A stretch of 64,000 nt of DNA from a virus. The stretch spans positions 1-64,000 of IMG/VR virus record IMGVR_UViG_3300016466_000841, one strand, 5' to 3'. Positions 57,482-64,000 of this stretch are shown here, in pieces. A program made the position numbers and the translations under genes. The stretch's first letter is position 1. Every line of letters starts with the position of its first letter. The notes beneath the pieces are model-generated. The model made no database searches and had not been told where the DNA came from. It saw nothing but the letters and a program-made list of their open reading frames with translations.

Positions 57482-58612
57482 TTAAAAAGTATCGTTGATT
57501 TCCGGAAAGCTGGTATTTTGAGTGCTCGGGGGGTTCTGGGCACCGGTATCACTAACCGACTCTCCGTTGCTTCGTACCGCCCGGCCGCCGCCGATGCCAA
57601 TGGTAGCCAATCCCGATGTGACTTTGTTTGAGATATTTGACACGCTGGGAACGTTGATTTTTGACAGCGGATTGTTTCCTCTCAATATGTCCATGCCTAT
57701 GCTCTTTAGTTCAGCACCGGCAATGGCTTTGAGATTGGACCCCCTGAAGTTTTGTCCGGCTCTAGCACCTTTGAGAGCAGCAGATAAAAAGTTACCGTCA
57801 GCCAGATCTGTTGTTATTTCGTCAATGGAATTCAACAGTCCGCCGGGACCAAGTATGCTCCGAGTGCCGCCGCCTGCTGGGGTAAGAGGGCTCGGTCGAT
57901 GATCGTAATGAAGATCTGCAAACCCGGTCACAGTATTCTTGCTGACCCATCCGTGAGAGTATTTCACTGTTTCAAATTGAACTGTCATTTCGTGAACCAT
58001 GGTGGCATTTTCGCCATTGACATGGTCTCCGTGCCTGAATGAAGTAATAATAGGATTGATTAAGGTGTACTCGCTGAATCTTTTTTGATGCAGGCTGTAG
58101 ATCCTAACTGCTTTCAAAAACTGCTGTGTACCAGGTTGACTGCCGGGATATCCTCGAGGGCTATAACCCCAATCTTGTGCTTGTCTCTCACTGTATTTGT
58201 GGGCGGCAGTGTAGACACTGGGCTGATAGTCGCTGTCGCGATAATAGTAACTGTAGTAGTCGTACCAGAATTCTCTAACGATGTCAGCTGAATCATCATG
58301 GAAAGTGATCGAGACTGGATCGTATTTGATTTTGCTTTGTACTACGTTGACACGATTGTAGGCATTGAGATTTTTGGTATCTACGGTAAACTTGGGCAAC
58401 GATGCGGATTTGACCACCATACCCAATTCAAGCATCTTGTCTCGCGGTACGTTACTGATCTCAGCATTTATGTCTAAGGCCACATGGAATAGAAATCCGT
58501 ATTTTGGACTTAGTCGATAGTTGTCATCGATGAAGATGCGAGAAGCATGGGCGTAGTCTTTGATGCTGTCGCCAGTGCTTAACTCTTTGAGAAATTGGTT
58601 TATGCTTGGCAC
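57482..58612 (-). CDS. Tail tube-fold baseplate / tube initiator-like protein
   Basis: VKSASLPKF...YN...YDPVSITFHDD tube-fold motifs. Confidence 0.65.
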   Translation of the reverse strand: MPSINQFLKELSTGDSIKDYAHASRIFIDDNYRLSPKYGFLFHVALDINAEISNVPRDKMLELGMVVKSASLPKFTVDTKNLNAYNRVNVVQSKIKYDPVSITFHDDSADIVREFWYDYYSYYYRDSDYQPSVYTAAHKYSERQAQDWGYSPRGYPGSQPGTQQFLKAVRIYSLHQKRFSEYTLINPIITSFRHGDHVNGENATMVHEMTVQFETVKYSHGWVSKNTVTGFADLHYDHRPSPLTPAGGGTRSILGPGGLLNSIDEITTDLADGNFLSAALKGARAGQNFRGSNLKAIAGAELKSIGMDILRGNNPLSKINVPSVSNISNKVTSGLATIGIGGGRAVRSNGESVSDTGAQNPPSTQNTSFPEINDTF

Positions 58613-58643
58613 AAATGTTTCCAGTGTTTGAAATATTTATCAT

Positions 58644-58672
58644 AAAAAAAGCCCGGAATTTCCGAGCTTTTT
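58644..58672 (-). terminator. Intrinsic terminator after the tail tube gene
   Basis: AAAGCTCGG-loop-CCGGGCTTTTTTT. Confidence 0.7.
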
Positions 58673-58715
58673 GTACACCACTTGCTACTCTTGTAATTAA
58701 ATCGTTTCTTCTGGA

Positions 58716-59333
58716 TTATCCAGTTATGGTAGAGCCAATGGTTCTTGCCACCGCAGAGCCAACACCAGTTCCGATCGGACTCTGGATGGCATTGTCAAAG
58801 CGTATAGTCAAACCAATGGTCACGGGGTCATTGGTTCCATAGTTCATGTCGCCATAGTCAACTTGGCTGATCTGGCAGCCATACATCTCCCATGTTTCCA
58901 ACACTGTTGGTTCGTTGGCTCCGTTACCGCCATCCAGCACTTCGTAGCGAAGTATGAACTTGTAGTCAATGCCTGAAGCTGCTGAACTTTGCTCCATGAA
59001 ATCAAACTGTTTCTGGATCTGCTCACCAACCAGTTTGGCCACATTGCCAGCGGCGTCATCGCGCAGATTTACAGTTGTTTCTGCCCACTCGGGTTTGCCT
59101 TGCAGATAGACTTTGCTGTTATAAACATCGATGGTAATGGGGTTAAAGTTAACGCTGGGTCTCTTGATGTCAATGACCTGCTTGGTCAACTCAACTTTGG
59201 GTTGGCTAACACCAAATCCGTCAAAGCTGGCACGGAATCGGAATTTTAACTTTGGCATCAACAGACCTTGTGCGCTGGCACTTTGGTCTGTGGCTAAAGG
59301 TACTGTAAATTTTGTCAACGATGATACTGACAT
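58716..59333 (-). CDS. Tail tube protein (gp19-like)
   Basis: KFRFR, GKPEW, LRDD, LDGG, ETWEMYGC, IRFDNA; follows the sheath gene. Confidence 0.85.
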   Translation of the reverse strand: MSVSSLTKFTVPLATDQSASAQGLLMPKLKFRFRASFDGFGVSQPKVELTKQVIDIKRPSVNFNPITIDVYNSKVYLQGKPEWAETTVNLRDDAAGNVAKLVGEQIQKQFDFMEQSSAASGIDYKFILRYEVLDGGNGANEPTVLETWEMYGCQISQVDYGDMNYGTNDPVTIGLTIRFDNAIQSPIGTGVGSAVARTIGSTITG

Positions 59334-59411
59334 TTATATTCTCCTGTTACAGATATTTATCTGTGTCGTGGCAACAAACGGAGGGCCCAAACCCTCCGTT
59401 ATATACCTATA

Positions 59412-62400
59412 TTACCCGCCCAACTTGGCGATATCGCCGGGATTCTTCAAGCGGATGGGGATGTAGATGAACTCTACAGCCTTCATGGGCTCAATGGCGA
59501 TGTCAACATACAGCTCGTTGCGTGTGATACGCTCGGGTGTGTTATTTGTTGAGTCACACACCACCAGGTAATCGTAGATACCACGCTTGGCTACTAGATC
59601 GTTCATGGCGCCTTCGATGATGCTCTTGATCTGGTCACGAGTGATCTTGTCGTTGGGTTCAAACAAGAATCCGTTGCCCACATTGGCCAATATAGTACGG
59701 ATGTAGTTAACCAAACGTGCCACATTGATACGATCCATGGAACTTGCGGTCGGGTTGCGTGTTTTCTGTCCCCAAGCAACCAATCCCACACCGGGTAGGA
59801 TAGTCAATGGGTTGACACGATTCTCGTAGAGCGCATCACGCATGCCTTGATTGATACCTGAGCGAACAAAACCGCCCGAAATAGGATTGATATATCCGAT
59901 GTCTGTGGCATTATCAATCAATCCGCGACGTGTTCCAGCAGGGGCAAACCATGGGAACGAAACATTGTCATTGCGGATGAATGTACGCAACATCATATGA
60001 CTGGCCGGAACCACGATGGTGTTTCCTTGTACATCGTTGGTGAGTCCCGAAGGATAGAAAACACCAAGATACGGATCAGCTGTAGACAGGCCATCACCGT
60101 TGGTATTATTACTCCAGTTTGCCACATCAATGGAATTTGTTGGCAGATACATGGGTGTGTCACCAATAACGAAGGCTGTGTTTCTGCGATCGTTGTTGAG
60201 CGCCACCATATTGGTGATCAGCTCAGGGAACCCAGGAGCTGCAATCAGGTTAAAGAAAAACTGATCTTCGCGTACCTGTGTGTTTCCGTCTAATGCGCTG
60301 CGCATGGCTTTGACCACCATGTTTCGCTGGGCATTGATTCCCATAAACGGTGCTCCAGAATCTTTGAGTCCGCTGACAGAAACCCAGGCAGCTGGCTCAT
60401 CAGGAAGATCCGAAGGATCAACTTCAGGGAAACTGTCCTCGTTGAAATAATCGCCAACGTATTTCTTGACATTAAATCCCGAACGACGTGTGTTAAACAA
60501 CAGAGTTCCTCTGGGGAATAAACGAGGATTTGGTGCATCCGGATCCAGGTAATCTGACGTCAGAAGACTTATTGTGCGTGGAAGATCTTCGCCAATTATG
60601 TCTGTAGTTCCATCTGCATCCCACCGCGCATCGGCAAAGATAATTCCGTTTTGGCTGATTCTATCAGTGTTATCAATAGAAGTCCATTGTCCTAGCGTGT
60701 TATAACGATACAGTTTAGGAAAATTTTCAAGATCTGATGTATCTAACCATAAATCACCAGCCGAAAGTGGTGTTATACCATCATTTTGGAATCGTGGCTT
60801 AGAAGGAGTGATGATCGGTCCTAAAGGGTCCGTCAATGTGAGGTTATAACCGCGGGCATCTGTGGCGACATTACGGTAACCTCTCCAGGCTGTTCCGGTG
60901 TTGATCAGGATGTCAACCTGGGTGGGATCACTGAAATACCATAATGTTCCATCGGCAGGTGCTTTATAAGGAGGTGTAAAGCTGTTTTCAACTAAAAATC
61001 CTGTCTCATTGATACCTACGTAATTACTGATCATTATTTCTGTGCCTAGACCAGTACCACTACCATTGTCACGAGTATTTGCTATCGTATATCCAGCACT
61101 AGTGAGAGGAGTCCCAATAGTGTTGCTCAAATAAATGACTCCGCCTTGAGAATGGATGATAACAGGACGTCCGTCGCTTAATACGCGAGCAATCACTTCA
61201 GGAATGTTTGCCGCTGTGATTGCTGTCACAAACTTAACAACATAATCTTCTATGCTTGTTCCGTTGGGTACAACCACGGTTGTATCATTCAGACCAGCGG
61301 TTCCCGACTCGGACGATCTGATACGCAGAGTACCACCAGTAAATCCCGTGGCAGTTCTTGTGACTTGGGATTGGCCGCTTCTTGTGCTAACAAAAAACGA
61401 AATAGTGGCTCCAGTTTCAGGAATAATATCATTGGTTAGATACTGAGCATACATCGACCCTTGTGCAATTCCGAATCCGCCAGCAATAGGATCAGTACCA
61501 AACAGAAAATCCTCTTCGTTATTGTAGACCGGTACAGCATTTACCGTCCACGACGACGACTCAGCTGCAAATCTCCTGATCACAAAATTCATACCGTTAC
61601 CAACAGCCGATGTCTTAAAATACACGCTTCCTGTTGGACGAGGATCAGTGTCTCCCCACCGAGGCACATCTACGTAAGAACCATAGTGTACCTGAGGAGG
61701 ATAATAAGTACCGGCGATCAATCCCAGGTCAGCAAGAGCTGTACCCGATCCATTGGCTATCAGGAGTTCTCCATCAATGTCTGCGCCATTGCTCTTGGCA
61801 TTGTCTGTGACAAAAATTGCTAATTGACCATTGCTGCTGGATGCACGCACGCCAAAAGTATTTTCTTCGTAGAACACAGCATTGATGTCTGCTATCACTT
61901 GCTCAAGTGTACCACTGCCGGTGAACGTGATTGTCTGACCATTAATAGATATACTGTCGCCGGCAGTCACAGTCGGAGAAGTCTCTGTTCCAGTGACCGC
62001 GGGCCAAGTACGATATTGCCAATTTGGTTGCCCAACCCAGCGCCATGCATTTGATGAGTCTTTGACATAGATACGAGCAATTGTATCTCGTATTACTACT
62101 GCATAAGAACCAACTCGTCCAATTGAAGTTTTAGGTATATATCGTCCAAAACTAAAAACGGTATCGTCTTCGTTGGTTATTATTATTGGTTGTTTTTCGG
62201 TGAATACTTTGCGCTCATTGTTCCACTCGTAGATTCCCCACGATGTCTCAGCTAGATCCAGCCAGAATGTTCCTTCGTCGGGATCGCCAATTGGGCGTAC
62301 CGATGTGGGCTCAAGTTCGTCGAGATTGATGTCTGCGCGGATGGCATACAAACGATTGGCTGTGGCCAAAGTGCTGTAAGCTGCCATCAAGCCGTATTCA

Positions 62401-62663
62401 TTGAGTGGGCTACCGTGTATGGGGGTGCCCGATACGCTTTGTTTAAATGTGGGATAACCCAAAGCCGAAACCAACTCACGCTGGCTGGTAAACACTTGCA
62501 GTCTTCCGGCATTGGCTTTTGAGGTGCCAGTGGAATAACTACCATTGGCTGTTTTGTCTTGTGCTGTGGCCAACAATACTAGAGGTGTTGAGCCCACTGC
62601 TCCCGGTACATATTGACTCTCATCTGTGACCGAAAGTTGTAATCCTGGTGATATCAGTGCCAT
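59412..62663 (-). CDS. Tail sheath protein (gp18-like) with large insertion domains
   Basis: MALISPG, PWFAPAG.RRG, RVNP, GQKT, DRINVARL, FEPND, CDSTNNTP, EFIYIP. Confidence 0.95.
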   Translation of the reverse strand: MALISPGLQLSVTDESQYVPGAVGSTPLVLLATAQDKTANGSYSTGTSKANAGRLQVFTSQRELVSALGYPTFKQSVSGTPIHGSPLNEYGLMAAYSTLATANRLYAIRADINLDELEPTSVRPIGDPDEGTFWLDLAETSWGIYEWNNERKVFTEKQPIIITNEDDTVFSFGRYIPKTSIGRVGSYAVVIRDTIARIYVKDSSNAWRWVGQPNWQYRTWPAVTGTETSPTVTAGDSISINGQTITFTGSGTLEQVIADINAVFYEENTFGVRASSSNGQLAIFVTDNAKSNGADIDGELLIANGSGTALADLGLIAGTYYPPQVHYGSYVDVPRWGDTDPRPTGSVYFKTSAVGNGMNFVIRRFAAESSSWTVNAVPVYNNEEDFLFGTDPIAGGFGIAQGSMYAQYLTNDIIPETGATISFFVSTRSGQSQVTRTATGFTGGTLRIRSSESGTAGLNDTTVVVPNGTSIEDYVVKFVTAITAANIPEVIARVLSDGRPVIIHSQGGVIYLSNTIGTPLTSAGYTIANTRDNGSGTGLGTEIMISNYVGINETGFLVENSFTPPYKAPADGTLWYFSDPTQVDILINTGTAWRGYRNVATDARGYNLTLTDPLGPIITPSKPRFQNDGITPLSAGDLWLDTSDLENFPKLYRYNTLGQWTSIDNTDRISQNGIIFADARWDADGTTDIIGEDLPRTISLLTSDYLDPDAPNPRLFPRGTLLFNTRRSGFNVKKYVGDYFNEDSFPEVDPSDLPDEPAAWVSVSGLKDSGAPFMGINAQRNMVVKAMRSALDGNTQVREDQFFFNLIAAPGFPELITNMVALNNDRRNTAFVIGDTPMYLPTNSIDVANWSNNTNGDGLSTADPYLGVFYPSGLTNDVQGNTIVVPASHMMLRTFIRNDNVSFPWFAPAGTRRGLIDNATDIGYINPISGGFVRSGINQGMRDALYENRVNPLTILPGVGLVAWGQKTRNPTASSMDRINVARLVNYIRTILANVGNGFLFEPNDKITRDQIKSIIEGAMNDLVAKRGIYDYLVVCDSTNNTPERITRNELYVDIAIEPMKAVEFIYIPIRLKNPGDIAKLGG

Positions 62664-62766
62664 GTTATTTTTCCTTTATATAACAAGTTATGAATATTTA
62701 TTGAAAGCGACCAAAATAATGGGCTTTACACTGCCCTTAATTAAGGTATGTGGATTAAATACTTGT

Positions 62767-63117
62767 ATGAAAAACAGGAAATTATGCCCGATCTGCAACG
62801 AAAGACCAGTGGCCATCAACTGTCACGTCAAGGATCGAGTCTACTACCGATCTTTCTGTGATGCTTGTATCAGGAAGAAAAAATCCTTGCGGCCAAAGCC
62901 ACCTCTGTGGTTCAAACAAGGATATAGAAAAAAAGACAGATGTGATCGCTGCGGGTTTAAATCTGTGTCACAGCGACAGCTATTTGTGTTTCACGTCGAC
63001 GGTAATCTCAAAAATGCCGATTGGAACAATTTAAAAACAGTGTGTGCCAACTGCCAGATTGACCTGTTCCACAACGGATCTAAATGGTCTATGTCCCCGG
63101 TTGTACCAGGGTTTTGA
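62767..63117 (+). CDS. HNH-like zinc-binding protein
   Basis: CDRCGF...HVDGN..N....NLKTVCANC; TAAATA 5 nt before the ATG. Confidence 0.75.
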   Translation: MKNRKLCPICNERPVAINCHVKDRVYYRSFCDACIRKKKSLRPKPPLWFKQGYRKKDRCDRCGFKSVSQRQLFVFHVDGNLKNADWNNLKTVCANCQIDLFHNGSKWSMSPVVPGF

Positions 63118-63739
63118 CGATCTGATATAGGTCTTCGATGCTGCTGTTGTTGTCAACGACGTGATCAAACTCGGTACCGATCCATGCCCATTCAGATGCA
63201 TGCACTGAAGGATACTTTTGTGCCATGAGCTCGTTGGCATCTTCCAGCAACCATTGGCTGTCTTCATCGGTGGTATTTTCAGTGAGTGCGCAATTGTACC
63301 AGTCTGGGAGCTCACCGCGTTGTACCCAAACAACTTTACCCCCCGCATCACGGATGGCTGCGATCTCGTTGGGAAAACGGCAATCTGAGATCACTATGTT
63401 GTCGTTGCTGTTGCGTAGTTTGTTTTCTAGACTAGCGATCCAGATGTCATCGTGGAAAGCTTTGCGGCAGACTTCAGTGCCCCAATATTGCAGGACCCAG
63501 CGAGGAGTAAGAGTGGGCATCGCCAAGCGTTCTGCCCACCACGGATCTACCTGCTCTCGCCACTCACGAGCTTGGCGAGTGCGGCCTTCGAGCAGATCTC
63601 GATCCCAACCAAACACCGCTGCCACTGCATCTTTGAGTGTGCCGGCAAAGCTTTCTCGACGGAATTCGTGGAAGTTGACGAGATAATCCGCAACTGTGTC
63701 TTTGCCTGATCCAATAAAACCGCAAATGCCAATGATCAT
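63089..63739 (-). CDS. Deoxynucleoside monophosphate kinase (T4 gp1-like)
   Basis: GFIGSGKDT, TPRWVLQYWGTE, SDCRFPNE, HASE. Confidence 0.9.
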   Translation of the reverse strand: MIIGICGFIGSGKDTVADYLVNFHEFRRESFAGTLKDAVAAVFGWDRDLLEGRTRQAREWREQVDPWWAERLAMPTLTPRWVLQYWGTEVCRKAFHDDIWIASLENKLRNSNDNIVISDCRFPNEIAAIRDAGGKVVWVQRGELPDWYNCALTENTTDEDSQWLLEDANELMAQKYPSVHASEWAWIGTEFDHVVDNNSSIEDLYQIVKTLVQPGT

Positions 63740-63788
63740 GATAGTGTATTCTCCTTGACTAGAGTTTACACTATATTATCATTGATGT

Positions 63789-64000
63789 CTATCGGAAACG
63801 GTTGAGTTTGTTGATCAAACGACTGGCTGTGTTGATTTTTTTGGTACGCTGTGCTCTGCGAGCCTGTGGTTTCTCAGTGCGAGCCCGGGTAGTCTTCATA
63901 CGCTCGCGTTTGGCCACATCGATCTGATCGCTGCAATCCGAAACCTTTGGCACCACACGACCTTTTCTGGGCCCTGATGTACAGCGCCATTTCATTACGG
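63789..64000 (-). CDS. Hypothetical protein, C-terminal part (likely starts beyond the right edge)
   Basis: KWRCTSGPRKGRVV...C basic protein. Confidence 0.55.
   Translation of the reverse strand, partial: VMKWRCTSGPRKGRVVPKVSDCSDQIDVAKRERMKTTRARTEKPQARRAQRTKKINTASRLINKLNRFR

Noticed and set aside
59412-62663. Oversized tail sheath possibly containing an intein
   Set aside because: No C/S...HN splice motifs or LAGLIDADG blocks; the extra length looks like beta-rich insertion domains.

Overview
A 64-kb segment of a large T4-superfamily-like (probably jumbo) myophage genome, using the standard genetic code and almost entirely on the minus strand. The host is probably a proteobacterium (inferred from sigma70-type promoters and an OxyR-type box before ahpC/ahpF). 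From right to left in transcription order it holds: dNMP kinase, tail sheath, tail tube, head-completion nuclease, a DctP-like protein, large terminase, gp32 SSB, UvsX, UvsY and modification enzymes; an ahpC-aldolase-ahpF block; an array of 29 tRNA genes covering all 20 amino acids, mixed with tRNA-like or structured ncRNA candidates and small enzymes; paralogous PP-loop and 2OG-Fe(II) enzymes; an early region of tiny ORFs behind repeated promoters; an AAA ATPase, UvsW, clamp loader subunit, a truncated DnaE-like polymerase, EndoVII and tail fibre genes. The top finding sits directly upstream of the tRNA array. A promoter drives a 42-codon leader ORF with very diverse codons (19 amino acids, 34 different codons). 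Its last codons overlap an antiterminator hairpin that competes with an intrinsic terminator. This looks like a ribosome-coupled attenuator that could switch on the phage tRNA set when host tRNAs run short. All calls come from reading the sequence by eye; no database search or RNA folding was run.
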